Assembly (NCBI RefSeq): GCF_006345805.1
Contig: NC_043006.1
Coordinates: forward strand, 92,504,001-92,568,000
Direction of reading: 5' to 3'
DNA: 64,000 nucleotides
From: Octopus sinensis
Taxonomy: Eukaryota
Shown piece after piece: positions 13,241-28,300 of this stretch. Made by a program: the position numbers and the translations under genes. Position 1 is the stretch's first letter, and each line of letters begins with the position of its first letter. The notes below the pieces were generated by a model. It was not told the origin of the DNA and ran no database searches. It saw only the letters and a list, made by a program, of their open reading frames with translations.

Positions 13241-14437
13241 GTATTTATACACACATATGTGTGTCAAACAAAATTCTTTACTTATGTACCCCTTATTATT
13301 ATATAAGCTGTAAGCACAAATAATTACGTGTTTTGTTCATATATGTACTTCAGGTGCTATAAATTTAAACCATTTTCTTATTCAAATTTAAATAATTCTA
13401 AGTTTGCTAACTATGGTGACATAAATCTCAAAATATTAATATTTATTTCATTTCATTTTCTGTCACATGCGCTTTTTAAGTGTAGTCCTATAGCAGGTTA
13501 GCTACAGTAATGTAAATGAAGTAACAGAGAAAGCTGCATCGTCAGTTTCGTAAAGTATTCTATCGAAAGCCTTGAATGTAATTTGCACATGAAGTAGTCC
13601 AAGAGCATCAAAATGTAATAGAATGTTGTACCTAACCAATTTGATTTAAACACCTATCCGTTTTGTTGATATAGATGTATTCGTAAATAAATGCTTGTAA
13701 TTTACTTCATGAACATTTAGAAATGTGTGCCCCAGGCCAAAGCAATTATTGCATGTTATTCCCCTATAGATCAAACTCAGGTAATAGACACTGATACAGC
13801 AGCTTCGCGTGCACGGATGCAAAAATAAAGGTAAATAATTATTTATTTGTTTATTGCATATACACAGTCATATCGTCTTATTCACAACACACACACGAGA
13901 TACTCATGCAACATACATTTATATTTATGTGTATATACACTCAATGTGTGTGTTTTTGTGCGTGCGTATGTCTCCTCATGCATGATATCTCTTACGTGTG
14001 TATGTATACAAGATTGAGAACCATTATGTTGTTAAATCAACATTTTCATGAATCTCTAATCTCAGAAGGCCACATATTTTGTATTTTTTGCGTTTTTAGG
14101 CTTAGCTACAAAAGGTGAAAAGAAATTCTAATCAGGGGAATATGAATGGTTTAAATTTAAATGTCACAGATCGAAAATATTACACGATGCAGAAATAATA
14201 TATTAAATTTAAGAGTGATTCCACATATAAAAAAATAAAACAGGGAAAACATTTGACTTATGTTTCTACCTCTCCCGTTTGAATCTAAGTCGAAAAAATG
14301 CTCATATATAATTTATAATAGACAGACGTGTGTATATGCGTATATATATATATATAACAAAGTTGAGTTCTGGGGTATCGCACGAGTGGAATTATATACG
14401 AAAGAAGGTTTGAAAATGCAATTTAAAAGATGTTTAT

Positions 14438-14482
14438 TTACTTTACCGGTTTCACTCTTTGGAAAAGGATTGTCAAATGTAA
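14438..14482 (-). ncRNA. Minimal hammerhead-like motif with U3:A8 core, in the PLE pLTR
   Basis: Minus strand: ttacat TTGACAA tccttttccaaagagt GAAA ccgg TA aagtaa. Confidence 0.6.
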
Positions 14483-15342
14483 CATGGGGTAGTTTGGTTG
14501 CGTTAATTATTGGTTGTTGCAAATTGCTACATTACATATATATATATACAGTCTTTGGTAGCAGTGACATGTTAAGGACATAAAAAAGTACAACAGTATG
14601 TTGAGAATATAAAGAGGTTTAGCAAGCTCATTGAAAAAATGTGCAGAAAAGATTAAAACAAATATATTATACATCTCAGGGTAATTTCCCGGAGGAATTA
14701 TTAAAAAAGTTAAGTACAGCATATTATGAATTCAAAAAGATTTACATTAATGTAGTGGTGAGTTTGTTACTGACCTGTCCGTTTTAGCAGAAATGTGGAA
14801 TTGAAAAGGATGTACCCGTTTTTTTTCTTTTTTTGGCTTTCCTTCAAGCATCAATGATTTTGGGGTTAGGATGAGGTGAATATGTGTGTCTCTGCGTATA
14901 TGTGTGTGTGCATACATATACATGTGGTGTGAATAGATGTGTCTGTGTGTCTGTAGTATTTGGTCAGATGGTGTCTGTTTGTCAACCGCGTGTGTGGTTG
15001 TCACGGTGTTGTGTGTGTGTCTGTGTGTGTGTGTGTGCGTGTGTACGCATGTATGTGTGTGGATGGCATTTGACATGGTGCTGCGTGTGTATATATGTGC
15101 CTGTATGGAGGTGAGATTGGTGTGAGTGTGTGTGCCCCTGTGTGCGTGCACATACACGAATACAAGTGTCTGTGTGTGGGGGGGGCTGTTTTTGATTGGT
15201 TCTAGGGTGGTGTAAATAGATGTGTGTTGTTTAAAGAATTTTTTGGGGTAGGATGGTGTGTGTATATGCGTGACGCCCGTGCGCGCGCGTGTTCGTGCGC
15301 GTGCGCGTCTACGCGCGTGTGCGGGCCATACACACACACTAC

Positions 15343-15373
<31 letters not shown>

Positions 15374-16006
15374 TACATCATACACATACATACCACACAC
15401 ACACACACATCTCACGCACCCCCCACACACACATAAAACACACACACACACAACACACATACACACATAATCTACACATACACAACACACACAACACACA
15501 TACACACAACACACATACATACAGAACACACACACACACAACGCACATACATATAATACACACAACACACAAATATAACATATATTTATATATAATATAC
15601 ACACATATAACACACACACACAACACACACACACACAACACACACACACACACAACACACACACACACATACATCATACACATACATACCACACACACAC
15701 ACACAACGCACATACATATAATACACACACACACACACAACGCACATACATATAATACACACACACACACATACACACATAATCTACACATACACAACAC
15801 ACACAACACACATACATACATAATATAAATACAACACATATACACCTAACACATATATAAATGCAATACACATACACGGCATATATATAATGCACATACA
15901 CAATATATACATATAACATACATACACAATACATACATATAATATATATATAGACAATGCATAACATATATACATATACACATACATATAACATATATAC
16001 ACATAA

Positions 16007-16236
16007 GGCGGCGAGCTGGCAGAAATGTTAGCACGCCGGGCGAAATGCTTTGTGGTATTTCGTCTGTCGCTACGTTCTGAGTTCAAATTCCGCCGAGGTC
16101 GACTTTGCCTTTCATCCTTCCGGGGTCGATAAATAAAGTACCAGTTTCTCACTGGGGTCGATGTAATCGGCTTAATCCGTTTGTCTGTCCTTGTTTGTCC
16201 CCTCCATGTTTAGCCCCTTGTGGGTAATAGAGAAAT
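16007..16236 (+). mobile_element. tRNA-derived SINE, family A (full length)
   Basis: Pol III A-box-like tggcagaaatg and B-box gttcaaattcc. Central gccgaggtcgactttgcctttcatcc...ggggtcgataaataaagtaccag is shared with at least 5 other copies in the window. Confidence 0.9.
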
Positions 16237-16853
16237 ATATATACACATAACATACACATACACAATGCATACACATATATACATATAATGTATATACATG
16301 TATTCATGCATATATAACACACATACAATATACATATATACAATGCATATATACACATACATATACACATAATGTACACATACATATACAGGACACATAC
16401 ATATAATATACATATACACAATGCACATACATATAATGCACATATATATTTTTTTTTTTCACATATACACACATATATATATATAATGCAGACACACACA
16501 CTCACACAAAATACATACATATAACGTACACACACACATATATATACATACCACACACACAACACACACATATATACATATATATAACACATATACACAT
16601 ATAAATACATACACACACACAATGCACACACACACACACGCACACACACACACAACGCAAACACACACACACAACCCACACAACAAACACATACATACAT
16701 AATATACATATATATAATGCATTCGTGTGTGTGGTCAATGCCTGCTAGTGCGCCCTATGTGTGCCGATGCGTGCATGTGTCCGCTTGCATGATACATTGC
16801 GAGTGTGCGCGTGTCTTTGTGTGTTTGTTCTGGATGTGTGCCTAGGGGGTATG

Positions 16854-17478
16854 TTAGAGTGTGTTTAGTTGTGGTCTGTATTTTTGAATAAGATTACTTT
16901 CCCTATTTATTCGTGTTTGGTCTGTGGTGCTGTCCGAGCATTGGTATAGTGGAAAGACTAAGAATTTGGGGACTTATTGTGTGCACAAAGGTCTAAGTGT
17001 CCACTTAGTGGTATCTGTCTTGTGGAGGTGTCCCTCAGTTGTTGTCGGTCAACTGTCATTCTTTCTCTGAGGGTAAGGCTCGTTTGCCCTATGTAGTCTT
17101 CGTGGCACCCTTCACACCTTATGACGTAGAGTAAATTTTTTGATGCGCACGTGAAATTATTTTTTATGATGAATGTGTGTCCCGACCGGAACTTGTACGT
17201 CGATCCCTCAATGAGGTGGATGCAAGTCCTGCAGTTGGGGCGACCACATTTTTTGATGGTGGGTGGTGGGTTTGTGTTGTGTAATTTTGCGTTGGTGAGG
17301 AGGTTTTTTAGGGATTTAGGTTGTCTCTTACTTTTTAGTAATTTTTTCAGTCGTGGGTCTTGATTTAGTTGTGGAATGTTGTTGTATATAATAGTGTAAG
17401 CTTCTGCATTCCTTGGGTTGTGTGTTGAGAGATAGGCTATTTACTGTACTGTGGATGTGTTTAGGTTTTCGTAGGTCT
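16854..17478 (-). pseudogene. PLE GIY-YIG endonuclease C-terminal coding relic
   Basis: KKCGRPNCRTC Cys motif, NLLYVIRCEGCHEDYIGQT, LRKRM, RESNLIQKYRPQLN*, with frameshifts. Confidence 0.92.
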
Positions 17479-17975
17479 TGACAAACAGACACCATCTGAC
17501 CAAATACTACAGACACACAGACACATCTATTCACACCACATGTATATGTATGCACACACACATACACGCAGAGACACACATATTCACCTCATCCTAACCC
17601 CAAAATCATTGATGCTTGAAGGAAAGCCAAAAAGAAAAAAACGGGTACATCCTTTTCAATTCCACATTTCTGCTAAAACGGACAGGTCAGTAACAAACTC
17701 ACCACTACATTAATGTAAACCTTTTTGAATTCATAATATGCTGTACTTAACTTTTTTAATAATTCCTCCTGGAAATTACCCTGAGATGTATAATATATTT
17801 GTTTTAATCTTTTCTGCCCATTTTTTCAATGAGCTTGTTAAACCTCTTTATATTCTCAACATACTGTTGTACTTTTTTATGTCCTTAACATGTTACTGCT
17901 ACCAAAGACTGTATATATATATGTAATGTAGCAATTTGCAACAACCAATAATTAACGCAACCAAACTTCCACATG

Positions 17976-18020
17976 TTACTTTTGACAATTCTTTTCCAAA
18001 GAGTGAAACCGGTAAAGTAA
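17976..18020 (+). ncRNA. Minimal hammerhead-like motif with U3:A8 core, in the inverted pLTR
   Basis: ttactt TTGACAA ttcttttccaaagagt GAAA ccgg TA aagtaa: 6-bp stem I, hairpin stem II with one extra U, palindromic stem III. Confidence 0.65.
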
Positions 18021-18057
18021 ATAAACATCTTTTAATTGCATTTTCAAACCATCTTTC

Positions 18058-18178
<121 letters not shown>

Positions 18179-18247
18179 CATGTGTATATATATATATAAT
18201 ATATATAATATAATATAATATAATATAATATATATACATATACCTGA

Positions 18248-18752
18248 TGGCTGCCCCCTCGTTATCGAGTATGGCCATTGCACGAAGCTTAACTGTTACC
18301 AGGTGCTGAGATCGTATTTGACTTTTATTTGCTTTTTAAGGCTACAGCCAGCCATTCAGCAGAGACTCACAGCACCATCAACAATCATGGACAATGTTGC
18401 TATCGTGCAATGCCTGTGCAAGAAGATTCTTTTTAAAGTGAGGAAAGGCTGTGCACTGAGTCAATCCTACTCACTAAGCAACAGCAGCCATAATCCGAAA
18501 AGAAGAACAAGTCAACATCATCGGAAACCACTGAACCGCAGATTTAATGTCGGAGTTATCCCAGTTACCTGAGTTACCTTCTCCTAGAAAGATGCCCTAA
18601 CAAAGGCTAGGAGTTCATCACTCCCAATGGTTTAACCGCGCGATCGGGTATTCAGTCCGATTATTTCTATGTCCCCGCGCATGATACAGCCTTAAGCCTT
18701 AAAAAGAAAATACACATTTATTGGATGGCCGTTAACTCTCAAGTGTTCCTCC
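18248..18752 (-). mobile_element. Non-autonomous RTE-type element, copy 1 (5' end missing, ~100-bp extra segment)
   Basis: Near-identical to 34078-34470. Contains the RTE-like 5'UTR motif gggcatctttctaggagaaggtaactc. Confidence 0.75.
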
Positions 18753-18828
18753 GTATTCATATATATATATATATATTATATAATATATATATATATATAT
18801 ATATACACATACATACATACATACATAT

Positions 18829-18894
<66 letters not shown>

Positions 18895-19270
18895 TATATA
18901 TATTACAAAGTTAGATATGGGTTGTGAGTGTAAGCCTCTATGGGATAACATTTATCCAATATCCTGCCAGTAAAGCACCCAGAGATGCTAATACATAACT
19001 GCTAAGAATTGCAATGCAATTAATTCATTTATTGTATTATATGGGCGAAGCTAAAATGTTTTCCCTCAAATTCATAATACAAAATCAGAAAATTTGAATC
19101 AATCATCAACTACTAGATAATACCAATTCATATAATTTATTAACTAATTTTATAGGAACATCCAGATCAAACATGATAATGCAGAATAAAACAGTACACA
19201 TCAATGAATAATATAATACCATAAGAACAATATATATAATTAAATATAAATAAATATAAATATAAAATGT

Positions 19271-19397
19271 ATCTTACAGCTGTTTCAGCCATGTAGATAA
19301 AATTATCTAATTATGCTCATATTAGCCAGATGTATTAAGGTAATATGTGGTTATAAATGAGTTACTTATATATACATCCCAAGTCCTCTTCAGAGAT
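19271..19397 (-). ncRNA. Hammerhead-like motif with ~100-nt stem II, inside a non-coding repeat (~18903-19900)
   Basis: Minus strand: atct CTGAAGA ggac...(100 nt)...ggct GAAA cagctg TA agat. Intact core, palindromic stem III. Confidence 0.65.
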
Positions 19398-20159
19398 TAT
19401 AAAGTACAGTTATAGAGGAGAGGTATAAAATGAAGGTATAAAGAGCAAATATGAATATTAGAGAGGGTACACATATACAAGAATAAGTACATATACATAC
19501 ATACACATACATATAAGTTTATATACACATGCACATATATATATATATAAGTATATACATAATAATATACATACACATAATGTTAGTTAGTCAAATCAAT
19601 ATATTAGAATATACATACACATATCCACATGAAAGTGTACGTATACAAAGTCCAGAATTCATTGTATTACGTTACAAAAAGCTATTAATATTATTATTAT
19701 TAATAATAATACCAGTAAAAGAATATGTGCATTCCGCCATTCACAATACATAGTAGATGGAAAATATCACATAAAATACAGCAACAGCATAATATAATAA
19801 TATAATAATATATTACAATACAGTATAGCTCAACAAATACAAATATAAAGAAAAAATATTCCTTTACATCATAGAAAAAAAACCAGAACTGTGCATGTGT
19901 ATACATACATACAGATCGAAGTTCGGACGGTGATTAATAGTTGTTAGCAGGCTTTATATAATTTAAAATTTAAAGCTCAATACGATTGGTTGGCACATTT
20001 GAATTTCAATTGTCTTAGTTACAGTTGGTTGGTTAAGATACACTACATACATACACATATATATGCACACATACACATGCATACATAGATAAACATAAGC
20101 ACAGAAATACAAACTTTCATACATACAAACATGTGTACATACATATATATATATCTATA

Positions 20160-20198
<39 letters not shown>

Positions 20199-21390
20199 AA
20201 ATACATATACCCATAAACAACCACGTACACATATATGTATATATATATACATACGCATACATACTAATAACTAAAATAATATCAAAAATCATTAAAATGA
20301 AGATGATACTAATTGTTAATACGTCGAAAAAGTTGGAAGGCTAATTCGTAATGTACAAAAAAGAGGGGCCTAAAAGGGTAGAAAACGTAAGGATTAATAT
20401 TAGGCAAAGGATAGAAAATATTCAAATAAAGCTTACAAAAGTGATATAAACTCAGCAAACACATTTACAATAACTAGGGTAAAGAAAAAGTACGTTATTT
20501 GCGGAAGATACATAATTAAAAATTACACCTAATATACCGTACAAAACCAAAAAATTAAGAAACTGGCTAGATATCAATATTTACATGTATGAGTTTGCTC
20601 AAATTATAATTCTGTATAAACTTTATCCTAGCAATGTATACATCCATATACAAAACAAATATAAGGTTATTATTTAATAATAAACCGTAGTTATTCATTA
20701 TTACAACTATGTACACCTAATCACGATATATAATTCATCAACTGTTACGTAATTTATATCTTATCGGTGTATACATGCTTATTTTTAGTATACACTGACA
20801 TAGACTCATACATATGTACTTGTATTCCCAAATACCTACACATAAATATACATATAAGTAACATATATACACCTATAAACCTAAATTTAATATATATATA
20901 TACAGGTATACATACACTCAAGTACCTAAATATACCCTATAAGAAAAGACATACGTATATATCCTCCTACATACAAATATACTCCATAAGAAAATATGAA
21001 TACACATCCATGTGTACACGCTTATACACAACTTCAATAAATATATACAGGTATGGAAAACTGCACCAATATATATATGCATATATATATACATACATAT
21101 ATACACCTACATACACATATATACATATATACACACACATACGCATATTCACCCATAAACATAAATATACCTATAAACGTACGCAGACATACAGACAGAC
21201 AGAAGTACAGGTATACATGCATGCCCACAGCTTAAATTATGTAAAAACTTAATCCAAGCAAATAATACATCTAAATACCAAAACAAATGTAGGGTTTTTT
21301 TAAAAAAGAAACTGGAGTTATTCATTATTTTATCTATATACCCCTAAAATATAATATGTGATTAAACAAATGTTATAAAGTTTATATATC

Positions 21391-24045
21391 TTGTCGATGT
21401 ATACTTGCTTATTTATTATACACCGACAAGAACCTATATATATACTCATGCACACGTTGGAACAAAACGTACAGGAGAAACCCAAAGTCATTAACTTATC
21501 AAAGAAAACTCTATCCATAACAAAAATCAATATACTAGCCAAAGGCTTAAAGTTCACCCCCATCGCACAAAGAGCTAACCATAATGAAATTAAAGACAAT
21601 ATTTCGGAATTCTGCAGGAAACTACGACTTGCAGAAGCACTAACTGACTACGACAACGAAGATGAATCACTAGTTAAAAACAGAAGTAATTACCTTCCAC
21701 ATAAGGGTAGGAATAAAACACTGGATGACTACTGCAACCATATCCAAAATTTCCCCTACGCATCCACTAAACGAAAAATTAATCCTAACCTCAACAATCT
21801 AGAATGGAAAAATCTGACTGAACTAAAAAACGACACAGACCTGACAATTACAGAAGCTGACAAAGGTAGTGCTGTAGTTCTGATGGACACAGAACACTAT
21901 AAAAAAACTAGTACTTTCCATATTAGAAAACGAGGCCTTCTACGAAAAAATTATAAACTATAAACAACAAAAAACCATGAAAAATCTACATGGAAAAGGC
22001 CTGACAGAAAAAGAAACAGACTACATCACGAACTTCAAATGTAAACCAAGTCTTTTTTTATGGCCTCCCTAAAATACACAAGAGCAAGATAATCAATGAA
22101 GCCTGCAAACAATCACCAGGCAAATATATAAACATCCAAACGTCAGAAGACTTGACTTTAAGACCCATTGTAGCTGAGCCAGCCTGTGAAACCCACCGAC
22201 TGAGCAATTTTCTAGACATCCTACTGAAACCCTTGCTGAAATACATCAAAAGCTTTATTAGGGATGATTTAGACATGTTAGAACACCTACCAAAAACATT
22301 AATGAAGAAGCAGTATTGGTCACCCTCGATGTTATCAATCTTTACACCAACATCCCCCATGACTATGGAATGAAAGCAATTAAATTCTGGTTGGAAAAGT
22401 ACCCCGAAGTCCTCCCGGAACGCATAAACCAGACCTTTATTATTGAATCCTTAAAATTTACACTTCAGAACAATTATTTCCTGTTTGATGACACATACTA
22501 TCGTCAGAAATGCGGAATTGCGATGGGGACGAAAGCAGCTCCTGTTCTTGCGAATCTAATAATGGGCTATTTTGAATTCACCTTATATGAAGTATCACTT
22601 CAGAAATATGGTTACCCATTCTACCTCTACATAAGAGAAAATTGGAAGCGATACGTGGATGACTGTTTTATCATCTGGAAGGAGAACATCGACAAACTTT
22701 TGGATTTCAAAACAACACTAAATGACCATAAATAGTAACATTCAATTCACAATGGAATATAATAAAGAACAACTTCCATTTTAGACATCATGATAAAAAA
22801 GTTAACAATGAAATCATAACTGACATTTATTATAAACCAACTGACGCAAAACAATATCTTCTTTTTAACTCATGCCACCCGAAACACATAAAAATAAACA
22901 TCCCTTTTAACTTAGCAAAAAGGATCTGCACAATAGTGTCTGATAGAACAACTCGGGACCTTCGTCTTCAAGACCTCAAAACAACACTTATTGAAAGACA
23001 ATATCCACCCTCTCTTATCGACGAGGGAATTAAACGTGCCAAACAATTAGACACAAAAACACTAAGAACAAAAAAAACATAGCACCACACCTCAAACCAT
23101 TACATTACTTTTTATATCAACACACAACCCCAGAAACAGTGAGGCATTCAACACTATTGTGCAAACTCTCCCTTTACTAACTAGAGATCCAAAAATGAAC
23201 GACATCCTGAAAACACACAAACTCATCAAATGCAAAAAAACAAGACAAATCACTAAAGAGACTACTAACAAATGCGAAGCTTTACAAAACAATCTCGAAA
23301 CCAACGGTTGAAAAATGTGGACGCCCGAACTTTGGAACCAGCACCAAGCTGCTTGAAGGCTCGGATTTCCTTTTCAAACAAGGACAGAGGTTCACAATTA
23401 AAACTAGTTTCACCTGTGCCTCTGACAACCTAATTTATGTAATAACCTGCTCGGGTTGCAGTCATCAGTACATTGGACAAACGAGTTTAACTTTGAGGAA
23501 GAAAATCACTCTGCATAAGGAGCAAATCCGTTTCCCGCAATACAGACAAATTCCTCTTAGTGAACACATAGAAAAATGTGCAGGTAAAATCAAACCAAAT
23601 TTTACAAACTTCCCTTTTAAATAAAGAAACATTTTTCATTGAAAAATAAAAAGACGCGTCTTAATATGCATGCATAACCAAATTTTATATTTTTACATAG
23701 TACATCACTGTACATAAATCCCCTACTAAACAAGCTCCCCATTTTTTAAACCTGTCTCCTCTCTGTACACATATTTATTCCCCACCCAAAACCTAAACAA
23801 TTATCTCCCTTACACACAACAGTAACAATAATAACAACCAATTACCTCCCTTTACTTGTCAACTTGTAAAGTCATTCACTCGTGAATTTCATTACAAACA
23901 ACATGGACCAAATTTCTTCTTAAGAAAACATATATATTCACATAAATTAAACATTATATCATGAATAGCGATTGCGAAACCGGTCGATATATTAAAAATT
24001 ATATTATAACCATGTAAGTGTGCGTATTTTCCTTTTTTAATATCT
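21391..24045 (+). mobile_element. Penelope-like element (Neptune-type), near-complete RT + GIY-YIG ORF with frameshifts, plus 3' terminal region
   Basis: KGLKFTP, EADKGSAVVLMD, YGLPKIHK, RPIVA, VTLDVINLYTNIP, NNYFLF...GIAMGTKAAPVLANLIMG, WKRYVDDCFIIW, YKPT...SCHP, NLIYVITCSGCSHQYIGQT. Ends at (TA)n. Confidence 0.95.
23955..23991 (+). ncRNA. Minimal hammerhead-like motif with A3:U8 core at the PLE 3' end
   Basis: tatatc ATGAATA gcgattgc GAAA ccgg TC gatata: 6-bp stem I, G10.1-C11.1 stem II, palindromic stem III, GUC cleavage triplet. Confidence 0.7.
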
Positions 24046-24140
<95 letters not shown>

Positions 24141-24159
24141 TATATATATATATATATAT

Positions 24160-24207
<48 letters not shown>

Positions 24208-24224
24208 TATATATTATATATATA

Positions 24225-24264
<40 letters not shown>

Positions 24265-24268
<4 letters not shown>

Positions 24269-25397
24269 TACTCAGCTTACTCAAGAAATGAAGCGACATG
24301 TTGTTTTTGTGGTTATAAAGACTGGGCATAGCGATTTAGAAATACCTGGATTTTTAAAAGTTGCCAGATATTTCGTCTATAAGGTTTGTAAGCAGTTAGA
24401 GACTATCAGCAGTATCAATGCGTAAAAAGCATTCTAAATGCTCTGAAATAATCTAATCAGAACATCTGAATTTATCCAGTAAGTTCAACAGACCATTGAT
24501 TGCAATCCCATAAAGTTCATGAGGTCAATTGCAAAAGATCTTCATATGTCAGAAGGAACAGTCAGAAATGCTGTCCACGAAGACATCAGATATAAGTCTC
24601 ATATGACGAGGAAAGGTCAACTTGTCAGAAAAAGCATACGAAAATCACTACATCAGATCGAAATGTGTCTAAAACAAACTGAGAAATCCAGCAGAAGATT
24701 TGATTTGGTTCTTCTCAAACAAGAAAAACTTGATCAAAAAGTTAACAGAAGAAATGGCAGATGGTTATGTGCAGACCCTTTTGAATTTCCAAGTGTTGTG
24801 CATACAAAATATCCTGCAACTGTCATAGTTTTAGAGATTATTAGCAATGAAGGACACGTGAAGCTTCCTTCTTTGCACAAGGCCTTAGAGTTAACTCTGA
24901 CGCCTTCATTGAGGTCCTGGAAAATATTGTTAAGCTCTGGATAGACAGTGTATGCAATAGAAGGACATGTGTTTGTCGGTAAGACTCTGCACCATCACAC
25001 ATGGCTCTAGTAACACAGGAATGGATGGTTGAAAATTTTCATGATCACATAGCCCCTAACATTTGGCCTCCTAATTCCCCAGATCTCAATTCATGTACAG
25101 CGTTGTTGAGAAGTCAATGAACACGCCCATCACACCAAAGATTCTCTGAAAGCTGCCATCGTCAGTGTAATGTCGAAAATGAATCAGAACTGTTGATTCG
25201 AGCATGTATATGATTTAGTGCTCATATAGAAACAGTTGTGGAAGCTAAAGGTGGCTTTATTGAATAACATTATAGAAAAGAAGGTTTATTTTTATCCTCA
25301 TTGCATTTCTTGATAAATAACAGTGTTATCTGTTATTATACATCTGTTTTTTTTTTATACACATAAATCTGTCCTCGAATATCTTACGCACCCTGTA
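24265..25397 (+). mobile_element. maT-like (Tc1/mariner superfamily) transposon relic
   Basis: HSDLEIPGFLKVAR, MRSIAKDLHMSEGTVRNAVHEDIRYKS, NRRNGRWLC, TKYPATVIVL, DSAPSH, WPPNSPDLN. Right TIR ...atcttacgcaccctgTA. Confidence 0.88.
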
Positions 25398-28300
25398 TAA
25401 ACTTCCATGCATACACACATACATACACACATACGCAAGCACACATATATGTGTGCGTGTGTGTGTGTATGTATATATACATCAACCACTTCATAGCTCT
25501 TGAGTTAAAGTTAAATATGGTCAAGAGCCATGGTGATCATTTCCCCAAGATCTTCTCTCAAACACAAGAAAAATTATCTACTCAAGTCGATGAAATATCA
25601 ATTTGTAAGATTGCTGTAGATTTTGTTCTATGTATAAGGAATTATCTGAGGGGAAAACCGATGGAGGAATTTTTATTTGTAAAAATTTATTACTGCAAGT
25701 CATATGATGATTGGAATTGAACAGAATAACACCATGTGTAACTAAACATTCAATGTATCCGACATATTAGACAAAGATTGTATCATAAGAATCTTTGGGC
25801 GGTATATTTTTATCAATATCATAAAATAGAAATATGACAATTACATAGTGTAAACGATAATCTATAGTGAACCAAATCTGAAATCTTCTATTGATTGGTT
25901 TCTTTTCTATAATATATTCAGCAAAAAGTGTAATCACTAGTCTTTTAAAAGCATAGACAGTAAATAAGCAAAACCGACTGATTGACAAATCAAACGTTTC
26001 CCATTTCTTTGTGTAAATCTATTCGGTAAGAAGGCGTGCGGCCAAGTGCCAGTAGTGTTTTGCTCATGAACGTAAGCGTGTGGATTCAATCCGTAGACCG
26101 AGAAAAGGTTTACATCCTCGAGGAAATCCCTGCATTTCGTATTTCTTTACTCTAACGAGGTGTGATGAGGGTGAGATGGGAGGTGGGCAACTTTTGTCTT
26201 TCTCGATATTGTAATCGGTCAAGAGTGAGTCTAGATCTACACACCAGATCTTCAAATTCCTGTCATCTTTTGCAAACTACAATTCAATTACACACTCCCG
26301 TCTTTAAATTCTCATCGGCGCAACAATTACAATGTGTCTGCTTGCAAATATGTGAGTAACTCAAACATTTAGTGAAAAATGGCACTATGCGTTCCTTAAT
26401 TGTTTTCGGTGGTCATAGAGCCTTGAAATGATACAATAATAAGTCCGTTTTGGCTACATAATCCTCAAGTCAAGGGACCCTCATTCAGGCCTGTGTTGAC
26501 AATACATCCACCGTCTCTTTTAACCACACTGTTCCCAGCCACAACCGCAATCCAATGAATCTTCCACACTTCCATTCTATCCTGGCATCATACTATTGTA
26601 GGTGTACTCCAAATTTTCCATTCAGATCACCACTTCCCGCTTATTCTACACTGCAGCCATCTCATCGGTTAAACACACGCATGCTCTGAGTGAATTACTC
26701 GCCCGTATGGGATATCTCGCACTGTATCGGATCTCTTCTTCCATCTCTACTGGAACGCATTTTCTTCCTTCGTTAAGGTTACTTTCCTCCCCAGATATAA
26801 CCCCCAACATTTCTATATAAGGATCTCCTTCGGCTGCATTTTAATCCTCCTTTCATTTCTGAAAATTCCCCCTTTACAATCGCCTATGAAGTAAGAAGAA
26901 CAATGCACTCTTAACTGATCGCTTGATCAGGAGCTTCAAGTAGATCCCTCTTCGTAAAATCACCTCACCTCATTTGTTCAGCCGGTCACTGCACACACCG
27001 CCTCTCCCTGTTCAATATAGACTGAAAGCAGTCTATCATTTTCATTCTTCAAATTTTAGTTCTTGATCGACTCTACCATGACATTTTGCATTGACACGCA
27101 CATTATTTCCCCCACATTTGATGACTCACCCCCCCACACACACACTCTCAAACACACATACATGCACACACATCCTCGGTATTGACACATTCATATCACT
27201 CCCATACTATGTCTATAAAACGCTACAATCAAGTCGCTTGCAATGAACATATTACATTATATAAACTTGCACATGTACACTGTACGTACACATAAAATAT
27301 ACCAATCGCACACCCGTGCTTGGACATTTCCAGTAAAAAACAAACACTTAAGAGGATCATCCCAAACTGTTCAACAAATAATACACACATACACACATAC
27401 ATATTTCAAGTTACAACGAGCTACATGCACACACCCACACATACCTTCACTCCAGGACGTAGATAAATTTATGGTCGCTGGCACACAATCGGAATTTGCA
27501 CGAAATAACTCTCAGTTATTTTATGCATGAAATTTCATCCCTTCAAAGTCACGTCCGTTCATTACAAATCCCTTGACAGAACTACACATTTTTTCTTATA
27601 TTCCTAACACCCTTCCAAATGCAAAGAGGTCTGAGAGGATACCTCGAGATAACATGATATTCTACAGCAGACGTATTCCATAGAATCATATTATTTACTC
27701 ACTATCATTACTCCTCTACAAATACGAAGAATGTGTTATTTTTAGATTTCCTTTACGAAGGTGACGGAAATTTGAGGGATAGAACTAATAATCATTTGGT
27801 TGGTATGGCAGAACTCGATTGCTCAACTCGAGAATATGAAAATATCAACAGAATGTTATTCAGTGAATTATATTTAAAATTGTTTTAATGTATATATAAT
27901 GACAGCGTATATAACAGCTTTATTTTCTCCTATGTATTTTATGGTGTGATAAACATTACACATTTGAGACGCCTCAGCAGTGATATATGGATCGAAATCT
28001 CTCTTATGTCCACTTATTAACAACATCTAATGCTAACCTACGCTTATATAACTAATGTATATATCTTATAGAATTTCAATTATTTTATCACACGGTGAGA
28101 TTTTACGCTTTATACTTTAATACTTCAAGTTCTTCTATTCATTATACTTTCTTTATAATTCTCAGTTCACTGTGGTGTCAGTTTATCAACACATAGTAAT
28201 TACAGAGAGTTTTACGGTTCCTAAGAATAAATCATATCGTTTTGCATTGAAAATGACAGGCGTATGTTAGCGTAAGATAAACAGATGATCAGATAACGGA

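Noticed and set aside
15370-15815. ~300-bp internal duplication within the CA-rich tract
   Set aside because: Ordinary slippage or unequal exchange in low-complexity DNA, and possibly an assembly artefact.
26400-27060. GC-richer stretch suggestive of an old retroelement
   Set aside because: I could not find any diagnostic protein motif in it.
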